In this document: positions 47,801 through 60,800 of the stretch, piece by piece | How positions within the stretch are numbered: position 1 is the stretch's first letter | How the letters are laid out: every line of letters begins with the position of its first letter | DNA from: Azolla caroliniana | Taxonomy: Eukaryota > Plantae > Polypodiophyta | Reading direction: 5' to 3' | NCBI GenBank assembly: GCA_043228905.1 | Contig: JBHGNT010000015.1 | Coordinates: forward strand, 7,254,001 to 7,318,000 | DNA: 64,000 nucleotides | Program-made: the position numbers and the translations under genes | The notes under the pieces: model-generated | Database searches by the model: none | What the model saw: the letters and a program-made list of their open reading frames with translations, nothing else | What the model was told of the DNA's origin: nothing

Positions 47801-49650
47801 GGGGACGAGGGCAACAACAACAATAGAAGGGGAGTGGGGTCCTATGAGAGGGCCTGAAGAGCGGAAAGAGGTATAAGGCCGGTGTCGCGAACACAGACCG
47901 AAACCAGACCTAATCGGTTGGGTCAGAGGACGAAGATCGGACGCGCTTGGTACAGGAGTCGGTTGCCTAACGAATCGTAGGCCCGAGAAGGATCCTCCAC
48001 ACTGGATCTAGAGACTTCGGCGGTCGGCGCCGGGAGCCGACATAAGACCAAGATACTGACGGTGGCGGCGAGGGGACGAAGGCCTTAGCAACAGAGGCAC
48101 CGAGCATGCAAGGCGTCGCGAGAACAACGAAGGGTAGGTGGGCCGAAACAGGCAAGGGTGATCCTTCGTGGGTAGCAAACAGAAAGCTACCAAGGACACC
48201 CAAGCGGGGAGCAATGTGTCGAGCCGAAAAGGGCACACTTGGAAGCGGATAGGACAACATGCATATAACCATCACGGGCCGAGGTAAAGGCATGGATATG
48301 GGTCGGTGTTCGGCACAAGTGGTTCCGAACAAGGAAGGAACGAGACAACACACTGAGGTGTCGGGATGGAAACCGAGTGCGAAACAGGCTGCTCGGGTCG
48401 GTGGCCGGAAACAACATCAGAGGCCGGAGAAGGATCCTCTGCACCTGCTTCAGAGATCTCGGTGGCTCAGTCGGAGTGGCAACTACTGGCGTGGCAAGCC
48501 AAGCCTGAAATAACGAGCTGGTGGAGGCGAGGGGACGGCGGCGAGCAGAAGGCACCGAACCGGTTGTAGCGGCGCTGAACGAATGGGGCCGAGCGGGCCA
48601 ACACGGGGTGTTCCTCGAATGCGGAGGGCACTGATATGCGAGCGAAGTGACGACGCAAGATCTGGCCAGGTAGGGGCCGACGAAGCGTGCACGGAGAAAG
48701 ACTGGATTGCAGCATGGGTGGCGCCGAGTGAAGGAGGACGGCGGACTGAGGCTCTTGCGGGGCATAGTCAAGGGTTACGCAACACACGGAGGTGCCTAGA
48801 CAAGAATAGGGGCGCGAAGACGGATTGCTTGGGCCGGTAGCCTCGAAGAACATCGACGGCCCTAGAAGGATACTTCACACCAATTCTAGAGACCTCGATG
48901 TCGTGGTGTGGCGTGTGCATTGTGAGAAAAAATGAAGTGTGAGAAAAAGTGTGAGAAAAAACAAAGTAATGTATGAATGAAAATATAATAATACCAATAA
49001 AGTTGTAGTAGCTTAGTGGTTAAGGCTTGTAAGTAGACATGGGGAAGTGTAGTGTTTGAGTCTCTCTTGTGACGAGTTAAGGAGTATTTTGCTCCCCTTC
49101 CATTTTTGTGGTAAAGGGGGAAGAAAAAAAGCATGTAATGTTAAAATAGACGCCTCTTTCCGCCATAAGAGGGGAGGAATAGGGCTTACTATAGGGTGTA
49201 CCACTAGGGTTTCATCTTCTTCTCTTCTTCTTGGGTTAGGGTTTTGTAGTCTCCCTTTCTCCTTCTTCTTTTCTTTTCTAGACTTGGGGCGTCAAAGCTT
49301 CTTCTACCTCCTCATCATATTAGAGAACTTGGAATTTTAGGGTTTGTTAGTTTACTTCTTACTTAAGATATTTTAGGGTTTGGATTTCCTAAACAATGGC
49401 TTTTTCGGCATCTTGGTGGTAGCCAATTAGGTGGCCGATTGCGGAAGGGAGGTTGTAGTGGCACGAGGGCTACTCCGAATTGAGGCAACATAGCCGTCGG
49501 ACGTAGTCAAGCTCGGAGCCCACTAGACTTGCCTTCGCCAGATTATTTTTAGCCTTTGATAATTTCATAATCGATTATTGTAATAACCACCAAAATCGTG
49601 GTGTCAAGCCTAACAATTGTAAAAAAATTAAAAACAGAAAACCTAACTTA

Positions 49651-51027
49651 TATCAAAACTTATGAATATTTCCCCATGTCTTTGACTTAATCTCCCACTT
49701 CCTCACAACTTTTGTCTCCCCGGTCCAAGGCCCCGACGGTCCCGATCGAGCAAGGTATAGTATATTAACAAAGGAGAAAGACTCAACATTATACAAGGTG
49801 GGAGGTGGGTGCTTTTTATAGTCACCCTCTCTCTTCATTAACTACAAGACTCATGGAGCATGGGGAATGTGAAAGCTCATAATTATGTGTCATAGAATGA
49901 CTTCATACTAAATGCTAGAATACAAAGTGGTGACATAATGGTGACTCTTGACCGTTGGAGTGTCTATTCACTCTCAAGGTAAGTTCACACACTAGACCAA
50001 GTTGAGCTTGATTCTCAACACACCCCCTCAAGCTCAAGTCGGGTTGGTTTCAGACGGTATCCGAAATCCTCTTTGACTCGCGTTCCTGTGTCCGTGTCGA
50101 CTTGCATTTTTGCGGAGTTGCGGAATTCGTGCGCTTTGGCTTGTGTCTTTCTTCGCGACAGATCGGCTCTTTGCGGCTTCGTTGTGCGGTTGCAGAATCC
50201 ACGCGTTATTGCGTAGTGTCTTCAGTACTGCCCCTCAAGCTTGGCAGGTCAGGGATCGTCAATCCGAGATCGGTCATGAATTGCCATAGCTTGTCGGCTC
50301 CTAAGGCGTTATTGAAGATGTCCGTCGTTTGAAGTTTTGTGCTTGTACTCATTACACCCATACCGCTTCATGGGATTCTTTTGGTGGGTCGATCAACGTA
50401 ACTTCTCTTTAGCCGATTTAAGGGCCATCTTGGCCGACTCGGACTTCGTCTCTGAAGGTTCGTCTTCATTCTTTCCGGAGTTGGATTCTCTCCGATCCGA
50501 CTCATCTTTGCCGATGTCGTACTCTAGCATCTTCTTCTTCCCTTTCTCTTGGCACATGAACCGTCTCCTCGGTTCCTTGCGCGGGGAGAGCACGACCATG
50601 TCTCCACTACTCGCCGGATCATCATCTTGTTGGTCTTTCTTACTCAGCTCTTCATTCAGCCCACTCAACCGGAGTGAGATCGGACTCTCATCTAGAGTAC
50701 CGAAGTCTTCGTCTTCTTCTTCCCGGATCATTTCGGGCTCACTGGCCTCATCCTTCATGACCTAGTGGTTAGATTTGTCGGGGGTTGGAGTCAGAGTCAA
50801 AGTCGGTAAGGAGTACCATGATGCCGACTCATCGAATTGGACATCTCGGCTTACTTGAACTCTTTTGGTCCGGGGATTATAACACTTGTTCCCCTTCTGT
50901 TCATGTGAGTAGCCGACCAGGCTGCACTTCTCCGACTTCAAGTCCAACTTTTTCAGCTTCTCATCCCGTACATGCACATAGGCTATGCTACCAAATACCC
51001 TGAGGTGTCTTAAGTTCAGCTTCTACG
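49651..51027 (-). mobile_element. Cop3: deleted Ty1/copia remnant (integrase C-terminus, RNase H end, PPT, 3' LTR)
   Basis: HLRVFGSIAYVHVRDEK..KLD.KSEKC.LVGYS and QTTDIFNNAL motifs. PPT at 50021-50034. LTR starts at 50020; its left boundary is approximate. Confidence 0.75.
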
Positions 51028-52023
51028 TGTTGTCCACCGGACTTGTAACCGCCGGACATGGCGCGTGAGATATAAAAATATAAAATATATTAGAAGCGTT
51101 AGGAAATGTGTGTAACGGTTCACGCAAGGAGCGTGACCGACTAAAACCCCTATGTATATAAAGGGCAGAAATCCTCTGTAAGAGGGTGCGTGTAATTTTT
51201 GGGAGTGAAGCTTTTCTAATAGAATCCTATCTTCTCTGATCTCCATGTCTGTTTGTGTAAGTAGTCTACTATCTTGGCGCTGCATTCTAATTCGTAAATG
51301 CGAGTTGTAAGCATAGTGAAAGTGTGTTCTCCCCTTCACACCCCGACGATACGACTTGTGTACTATCCTGTTACGACTCACACACAACACAAACCTATTC
51401 CTTGTAAACACAATCACCTTGAAGTCTACCTCGAAGGACTGAGTGTAGACAGTGGTCCTAATTGGTAACACTTTTGGCATGCCTGGTGATCTATGATTCC
51501 TTGCAGACGAGCAACAAGGAATGGATGTCTAGCCGTAGACGACCCAGGGAACCGACCTGACAGGATCGTTCACTGACGAGGTCTATCACTCGCCAGATAG
51601 AACAACACGCTAAGAGAAAACCTCGTCTCAGCGACCACGACGTGACCTTTCAAGAGTTGAAGATCGACCACACGCTCACCAAACACCGCGACGTCAAGTA
51701 GGAAGCCTTGTCACCACACGAAATCTGTGATATTCCCCTGTCGACAGTCACCATAGCGTTTGGAATGTCTTTCTCTTACCCACGCTTCAACGGCGAAACA
51801 GACCCTACAAGCCACATCTGATTGTTCCTAAATGTTTGGAATGCTAATCATATGGCGCAACGGTTTCCTGCAGTAGAAGTGCATGAATCAAAGATCGCAG
51901 AGTTCGGGCTAACTCTGGATGGTAGAGCGGCGTGCTGACATTTTCAGATGGACCTAGCAGCAATCACAACCTTCAATCAACTGCAATCAACATTTTTGCG
52001 GTTTTTTCATCGAAGGGTACCGC

Positions 52024-52828
52024 TGTCGCGAAAATACGATGAGGATACGCGAACTTGAGGCAGGACCCCGGGGCCTTCGACCAGAGGATATCACATTCGT
52101 GTGTTTATACTTTTAACAATTAAGAGAAATAAGAAATTTAATAATTTCCATTAACAAAGGAAAAGAAATTACAATATGTCCTAAGATTGGGATTCAGAAG
52201 TTTAGGTTTACTAAGATTAATAGAAAAGAAAAATTAGGGGTTTTGAGAGATATGGTTTTTGTAGGGAAAATTAGGGTTTTTTAGTGTTATGGTTTCCGTA
52301 GGGAAAATAAGGATTAGGTTATATGAGTATTATGGCTTCCGTAGGGAAAATTAGGGTTTTTGAGTGTTATGGCTTCCGTAGGGAAGATTAGGGTTTTTGA
52401 GTGTTATGGCTTCCGTAGGGAATTTAGGGTTTATGAGAGTTATGGCTTCCTTGAGATAAGGGAGTTGAGAAGGAAAAGAAAAATAATATGGAGAGAGAGT
52501 GAGTGTAAAAAAAAGATGGAATTTTATATGGAGTTCCTAGTTGATCATATGCATGTCCACTTTTTGTTGCATGGCCTCTACTTTTAGTTGCATAACTTTC
52601 TCTTTTAGTTGCATCTTTATTTTGGTTGCATGCCTTTTTCTTTTAGTTGCATGCGACCGTCCACATGACCTTTACTTTAGTTTTCTTCACTTCACTTTAA
52701 TTAGCCACATGATCCTATCATCCGTTCCGTTTGCGTCCAGCCTTGTCCGGTCGTCGATTGCCACCGCCTTGCCGGCTCCGCCGCCGGTTTCCGATTTTGC
52801 TTACCGGCCGGTTTCCGATTTTTCTTCG
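52024..52828 (-). mobile_element. F: truncated LTR of the TGTCG lineage, related to the B LTR
   Basis: Begins tgtcgcgaaa with a U5-like motif in reverse orientation. The ttttagttgcat repeats are the reverse complement of B's atgcaactaaaa repeats. Confidence 0.7.
52249..52451 (+). repeat. Minisatellite of ~5 units of ~39 bp containing TTAGGGTTT
   Basis: gtgttatggcttccgtagggaaaattagggtttttga repeated. Confidence 0.88.
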
Positions 52829-54819
52829 GATATAGCAATAGGTAGCGCATTCATGCAGCTCACAGAGCCAAATTGGTATAGGCCGGTCTATTACGCTAGT
52901 CGTAAGCTATCTACTACTGAATGAAATTACTCCACAATAGAACGGGAGGCGTTGGGAATGATATACAACATCAACAAATTCTAGCATTACCTGCTAGGGA
53001 GAAAATTTACGTTTCACGTAGATCATGCGGCGCTACTGTACTTGGTGGAGAAACAGGCACTGATAGGGAAGCTGGCCAAATGGATGCTCCTGCTCCAAGA
53101 GTTCGACTTCATAATTCAGCATCAGCCAGGTATGCAGCATGCCATAGCGGATTTTTTAAGCAGAATGGATAACGGGGAAAATGTGCGGGAGAATAATGAC
53201 GACTTTCCCGATGTTGACATTCTGCGGGTCATGACGTTAGCGTCACGGGAGGGGAAAATTTTTCCAGATCGCTGGCTGATGAAGATGACGAACATTCTAA
53301 CCACGGGACTACCACTGCCCCAACTAAGGATAGACGAAAAGAAGCGATTGGTTGTCCGTAGTCGTAACTTCTGCCTAGTTGACGGAGTCCTTTTTCACAA
53401 GGGCAGCGATGGAATTTGGCGATGCGGGACACGCCAGGATGAGAAGGAGGATGTTTTGCGCGAAGCCCACTGCGGAACGGTAGGGGGGACACTATGTGGG
53501 CAATGTTACGGCCAGAAAAATATGGCAAGCAGGCTTATGGTGGCGAACTACACAAAAAGATGCTTATCTATACTGTTGACAGTGCGATTTATGTCAACGA
53601 TTGGGACAACCCATGGAGGTCGCAAGGATGCCACATCAACCGGTTCTCCCGCTGGAGCCATTCCAGAAATGGGGTCTTGATTTTGTTGGTCCCCTTACAC
53701 CGGTTGCAGCACGGACTGGCAACAAATATATTTTGGTGGCCACGGATTACTGCACGAAGTGGGTAGAGGCAAAAGCATTATGAGACTGGATGGATAGATG
53801 GGGCCGTATTGGATAGTTGGAGCAGAGAATGGCACTTTTCAATTAGGAACTCTCGCCAGGGAATTACTTCGACAAAAAGTGAATGGGTTTTGATTAAAAC
53901 CTTATCTAGGACCTACGCCTGCAAACCTGTTTCACATCGTCACTGACACGGCAGAGGGGCCCATACACTAATTAATAGTTGGGACCCTCTTGTAAAATAA
54001 TGTACCAATAATATTGTAGTTAACCGTTAAAAAAGAGAGAGAGAGAGGTGACGGGAATCCAACGCCCCTTATGCCCTAAGCTCAGCCACAACCGAGCTTC
54101 TTTTCATACATAGAAAAAAACAGGTAATGAAACACGACACAGAGAAGAGAAATGGTACACAGGAGGTTAACATGGAAAGCCCCAAACTAGGGGAAAAAAC
54201 CACGGCAGCCCACAGGCTGCAAATTGTCACTATGTATGAATGTACATATCAGTGAGTACTCGGAGGCAACGACCTCGGACTCACGATCTTCGCCACAAGC
54301 GGCGGTTACAACAAAGGCAACGACCTTGTCTCTCTCTCTCTCTCTGTACAGTTACGCACTCTCTCTTTTCTTGCATCAACAAGAGAATGACAACAACAAC
54401 ATATTAGTTTGCCCTAAGTCATATTTATACTAATATGACTTTTCGGCTATTTACAAATATAGCCACCATGGGCTCTCAGAAACATATTTACGAATATGTC
54501 TCTTCCTCCGGTTTGTACCGGGCCTGCACCATCCGGCTCTCCGTAGCCAGGTACTCCTCATACGGTTTATACCGGGCCTGCACCATCCGGCTCTCCGTAG
54601 CCGGGTACTCCTCATCCGGTTTATACTAGGCCTGCACAATCCGGCTCTCCGTAGCCGAGTACTCCTCATCCGGTTCATACCAGGCTTGTATCATCCGGCT
54701 CTCCGTAGCCAGGTACTCCTCATACCGTTTCGGCCTCGGCCGAGTTTGTTCGTCGACACTGTTCTTCTCCCTTCCCATCCGGAGGGACCTGTCTCCCAAC
54801 AAACTCCCCCTTCACTCCG

Positions 54820-57800
54820 GCATGGGTGTCTTACCAGTCCGATTCTCTTCCGGCATGCATCGAGCTTGTTGGGTGTCGGCACTTTGGTCAGCATATCTGA
54901 CCCGTTCTCGGCCGTGTGGATCTCCGTCAGTGCGAACTCTTGGTCATCTACTCTTTCCCGGATCCAGTGATACCTCCGTTGGATATGCTTCGTCCGGGAA
55001 TGGTAGGCCGCATTCTTAGCAAGGTGGATGGCACTTTGACTGTCGCAATAGAGTCGGTATTCCTCTTGCCGTATACCGAGCTCACCGATGAAGTCCTTCA
55101 TCCATAAGATTTCCTTGCCGGCTTCCACAACTGCCATGTACTCCGCCTCTGTGGTTGACAATGCAACCGTCTTCTGCAGCCTCGACTGCCATGAAACAGC
55201 TCCCCCTGCATATGTCATTACATACCCGGATGTAGACCGGCTGGTATCCACATCAGCCGACATGTCCGAATCGGTGAAACCGTCCAGTTGAGGTTTTTCG
55301 GAGCCGAATCAGAGACACATATTTGTAGTGCCCTTCAAATACCAGAGTATCCATTTGACTGCGTTCCAGTGCCCCTTGCCGGGATTACTCATGAACCGGC
55401 TCACCACTCCGACTACGTATCCTATATCCGGTCGGGTACAAACCATGTCCGACGATCAACATGTCATCCACATATAGGAGGAGTATTAAGAAGTCACCTC
55501 CTTCGAACTTCTTCACAAACACGTAGTGATCGGCCTGCATCTTGTGGTACCCTTGATCGGTCATGAAGGAGTCGAACTTCCGGTACCATTGCCGGGGAGC
55601 CTGCTTCAGTCCGTACAGGCTCTTCTTCAACCGGCATACCAGGTGCTCCTTCCCTTTTTCCACAAATCCTTCCGGTTGCTGCATGTAGATCTCCTCTTCG
55701 AGGTCGCCGTGAAGGAATGCCGTCTTCACGTCCAACTGCTCTACCTCGAGGTCCATGCTTGCTACTATACTCAGCACCGTCCGGATGGAGGTCATCTTTA
55801 CTACCGGGGCGAATATCTCATCGAAGTCCACGCCCTTCTTCTCCTGGAACCCCTTCACCACGATTTTAGCTTTGTATCTTGGGGGGTTGCCGGCATCTCC
55901 CGGTTTCAACTTGTACACCCACTTGTTTCGGAGTGCCCACTTTCCTTTCGGCAACTCCACCAATTCATACATATGGTTCTCATGCAGGGAATCCATCTCG
56001 TCCTGCATGGCACTTAACCATTTTCGGCTATGGGTGTCTTCCTTCACTTCTTCGAAGCTTTCCGGCTCCCCCTCATCAGTCAGCAGAACATACTCTGCAT
56101 CCGGAAATCTCTGGGGGGCCCTTCTCTCTCTGAGAGGGTATCTCTGTCTCTGGGCTTCGGTAACCGGCTCCTCTATTTGCTCTTCATCAGAATCCGATTC
56201 GGGGTCTTGACCGGTTCCGGTCTCAACTTCCTCTATTTCTTCTTCTGCCGGTTCGGTATCTTCACCGTAACCGGCTGGTTCCTCGAGTGCTAACCGGTCC
56301 CTTGCCGGTTGGGTCTGCTCATCGTAGAGTCTATCCTTACCGGTCGACTCAGAGTTCATTATCTTCTTCTCCGACTCCCAGTCGGCGAGCGTCTTGTCCT
56401 CTATGAAGATAATATCTCGACTCCGGAATACCTTCTGGTCGACCGGGTCCCACACTCGGTAGCCGAACTCATCGTCCCCGTAACCGAGGAATATGCATGG
56501 CCGGGTCTTTGGATCTAACTTTCCTCTCCGGTCCTTTGCTACATGCACGTACGCGAGACACCCGAACACCCTCAGATGCCGGTAGGACACTACCTTACCG
56601 GTCCACACTCTCTGTGGCGTGTCTCCGTCCAAGGGTACTGAGGGTGATCTATTAATCACATATGTCTCCGTCGACAGTGCCTCCGCCCAAAACTTCTTGG
56701 GTAGTTTTGCATGCGCTAGCATACTCCGGACCCTCTCCATTATGGTTCGGTTCATCCTCTCGGCCAATCCGTTTAGTTCCGGCGTCTTCGGCACGGTAAA
56801 TTCGAGCCGGATTCCCTTCGAGCGGCAGTACTCCTCGAACTGCCCCCGGTACTCTCCTCCGTTGTCTGCTCGAACCGCCTTCAGTTTCCGACCGGTTTCT
56901 CTTTCCACTCTCACATGGAGCTCTTTGAAGACGGATAACACCTGATCCTTCGTCTTCAGCGGTGTAGCCCACAGCTTCCGGCTGTGGTCATCTATGAATG
57001 TCACGAAGTACTGCACTCCGGCATGTGACTTCGTGTCTACTTGACACACGTCCGTATGCACCAACTCCAGTGGTGCATTACGTCTCATTGGTGGCCTTGG
57101 TCGGAAGGAGGTCCGGTTCTGCTTACCGGCCAGACAGTCAGTGCACTTCTCTAAGTGCACGTTCTTCACTGGAATGAGTTTGTCGTCTGCAAGCCTCTTC
57201 ATCCCCTTCTCACTCATATGACACAGCCTCTTGTGCCACAGCTCACCGGCAGTGTCGGATGCAACGTTCACTTCTTCCGGACATAGCCGGGCATTCATTA
57301 GGTACAACGTGTTTACCTTCCGGGCCCGAGCCACAATCAGGCTCCCTTTGCTGAATTTCATGATACCGTTCCGGATGCTACCTGTGTAGCCTTCATCATC
57401 TAGCCGACCGGCTGATATCAGGTTCAGACGAACTTCCGGAACGTGTCGTACATCCTTCAGCAGCAACTTGCATCCGGTTGGTGTTGTCAGCCACACGTCT
57501 CCTATGCCGACAATTCGGCATGTTCCTTCATTCCCCATCCGGACACAGCCGTGATCACCGGCTGAGTAGGCAGAGAAGCATTTCCGGTCCGGGGTAAGGT
57601 GGAACGACGCTCCGAAGTCTACCACCTAGGTCATCTCGTCGCCGGCAAGGTTTATCTCACACTCCTCGGTGATGAGCATCAACTCTTCTTCACTTGCCAC
57701 GATTGCCGTCGTTCCCTTCCGGTCCGGCCCCCTCCGGTCTTTACCATTCCAGTCCGGGGTTTGCTTCGGATCGGTACCGTCGGTTTCCTTGTCTTTACGG

Positions 57801-60800
57801 TAATGCCGACAGTTCTTTTGGAAGTGTCCCGGCTTGCCGCAAAAGAAGCAAGTAGGCCTCCCCCTTGACTTTGACCGTGTCCCCGACTTCTCCCGGTTCT
57901 GCGGACTACAGTTTCTCTGTCTTCCGCGTTCCGATTCGGTAAGAAGCGCTTTGGAGTCGGAGCTCGTATCTTTGTCTTTCCGACGCGCCTCCTCATCTAG
58001 CAGGCTTGACTTTACTCTTGCTAGGGATAACCGTTTTCCTTCCGGCCCGGCGTTGCCCAAAGTGACAACCAACATCTCCCAGCTATCCGGGAGGGAACCG
58101 AGCAGGAGTAACGCTAATACCTCATCGGCAAGGGGTACTTCCAATGACGTTGCCTGGTGTATCAGCCCATGGAAGGCATTCATATGCTCCGCCATGCTGG
58201 AGCCATCTTGGTACCGGAGTCTTACTAGCTTCCGGAATACCGACACCTGATTGACAACATTTTTATTCTCCTGTGACAGCCATAATTGCTTCGCTTTCCG
58301 GTTACGGATGATGTGCATCCCCAACATCTGTCTTGCCGGACCCAAGTCTTTCATTGAGAGGGTCCGGTTTAGAGCCTTCTTCAGCATCCGTATTTTGACT
58401 TGGTCATGTCCGACGATCAACATGTCATCCACGTATAGGAGGAGTATTAAGAAGTCACCTCCTTCGAACTTCTTCACAAACACGTAGTGATCGGCCTGCA
58501 TCTTGTGGTACCCTTGATCGGTCATGAAGGAGTCGAACTTCCGGTACCATTGCCGGGGAGCCTGCTTCAGTCCGTACAGGCTCTTCTTCAACCGGCATAC
58601 CAGGTGCTCCTTCCCTTTTTCCACAAATCCTTCCGGTTGCTGCATGTAGATCTCCTCTTCGAGGTCGCCGTGAAGGAATGCCGTCTTCACGTCCAACTGC
58701 TCTACCTCGAGGTCCATGCTTGCTACTATACTCAGCACCGTCCGGATGGAGGTCATCTTTACTACCGGGGCGAATATCTCATCGAAGTCCACGCCCTTCT
58801 TCTCCTGGAACCCCTTCACCACGATTTTAGCTTTGTATCTTGGGGGGTTGCCGGCATCTCCCGGTTTCAACTTGTACACCCACTTGTTTCGGAGTGCCCA
58901 CTTTCCTTTCGGCAACTCCACCAATTCATACATATGGTTCTCATGCAGGGAATCCATCTCGTCCTGCATGGCACTTAACCATTTTCGGCTATGGGTGTCT
59001 TCCTTCACTTCTTCGAAGCTTTCCGGCTCCCCCTCATCAGTCAGCAGAACATACTCTGCATCCGGAAATCTCTGGGGGGCCCTTCTCTCTCTGAGAGGGT
59101 ATCTCTGTCTCTGGGCTTCGGTAACCGGCTCCTCTATTTGCTCTTCATCAGAATCCGATTCGGGGTCTTGACCGGTTCCGGTCTCAACTTCCTCTATTTC
59201 TTCTTCTGCCGGTTCGGTATCTTCACCGTAACCGGCTGGTTCCTCGAGTGCTAACCGGTCCCTTGCCGGTTGGGTCTGCTCATCGTAGAGTCTATCCTTA
59301 CCGGTCGACTCAGAGTTCATTATCTTCTTCTCCGACTCCCAGTCGGCGAGCGTCTTGTCCTCTATGAAGATAATATCTCGACTCCGGAATACCTTCTGGT
59401 CGACCGGGTCCCACACTCGGTAGCCGAACTCATCGTCCCCGTAACCGAGGAATATGCATGGCCGGGTCTTTGGATCTAACTTTCCTCTCCGGTCCTTTGC
59501 TACATGCACGTACGCGAGACACCCGAACACCCTCAGATGCCGGTAGGACACTACCTTACCGGTCCACACTCTCTGTGGCGTGTCTCCGTCCAAGGGTACT
59601 GAGGGTGATCTATTAATCACATATGTCTCCGTCGACAGTGCCTCCGCCCAAAACTTCTTGGGTAGTTTTGCATGCGCTAGCATACTCCGGACCCTCTCCA
59701 TTATGGTTCGGTTCATCCTCTCGGCCAATCCGTTTAGTTCCGGCGTCTTCGGCACGGTAAATTCGAGCCGGATTCCCTTCGAGCGGCAGTACTCCTCGAA
59801 CTGCCCCCGGTACTCTCCTCCGTTGTCTGCTCGAACCGCCTTCAGTTTCCGACCGGTTTCTCTTTCCACTCTCACATGGAGCTCTTTGAAGACGGATAAC
59901 ACCTGATCCTTCGTCTTCAGCGGTGTAGCCCACAGCTTCCGGCTGTGGTCATCTATGAATGTCACGAAGTACTGCACTCCGGCATGTGACTTCGTGTCTA
60001 CTTGACACACGTCCGTATGCACCAACTCCAGTGGTGCATTACGTCTCATTGGTGGCCTTGGTCGGAAGGAGGTCCGGTTCTGCTTACCGGCCAGACAGTC
60101 AGTGCACTTCTCTAAGTGCACGTTCTTCACTGGAATGAGTTTGTCGTCTGCAAGCCTCTTCATCCCCTTCTCACTCATATGACACAGCCTCTTGTGCCAC
60201 AGCTCACCGGCAGTGTCGGATGCAACGTTCACTTCTTCCGGACATAGCCGGGCATTCATTAGGTACAACGTGTTTACCTTCCGGGCCCGAGCCACAATCA
60301 GGCTCCCTTTGCTGAATTTCATGATACCGTTCCGGATGCTACCTGTGTAGCCTTCATCATCTAGCCGACCGGCTGATATCAGGTTCAGACGAACTTCCGG
60401 AACGTGTCGTACATCCTTCAGCAGCAACTTGCATCCGGTTGGTGTTGTCAGCCACACGTCTCCTATGCCGACAATTCGGCATGTTCCTTCATTCCCCATC
60501 CGGACACAGCCGTGATCACCGGCTGAGTAGGCAGAGAAGCATTTCCGGTCCGGGGTAAGGTGGAACGACGCTCCGAAGTCTACCACCTAGGTCATCTCGT
60601 CGCCGGCAAGGTTTATCTCACACTCCTCGGTGATGAGCATCAACTCTTCTTCACTTGCCACGATTGCCGTCGTTCCCTTCCGGTCCGGCCCCCTCCGGTC
60701 TTTACCATTCCAGTCCGGGGTTTGCTTCGGATCGGTACCGTCGGTTTCCTTGTCTTTACGGTAATGCCGACAGTTCTTTTGGAAGTGTCCCGGCTTGCCG

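Larger units (their letters stand above)
26815..48895 (+). mobile_element. H: non-autonomous gag-only (TR-GAG-like) element of the TGTCG lineage, arranged LTR-internal-LTR-internal
   Basis: LTR1 at 26815-34655 (split by E) and LTR2 at 43938-44807. Each LTR is followed by a Trp PBS and a decayed gag. PPT ggtttggttggggcgga precedes LTR2. No pol found. Confidence 0.85.

Noticed and set aside
46555-48075. CRISPR array
   Set aside because: The repeats are long and degenerate, the spacers are hundreds of bp and related to each other, there are no cas genes, and the context is a eukaryotic TE.
48896-49650. Possible DNA-transposon fragment
   Set aside because: No TIR pair, TSD or coding similarity could be established by eye. 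Left unassigned.
60587-60589. Programmed gag/pol stop read-through in Cop2
   Set aside because: Cop1 has TGG at the same codon (conserved W of W.VDSGAS), so this is a nonsense mutation.
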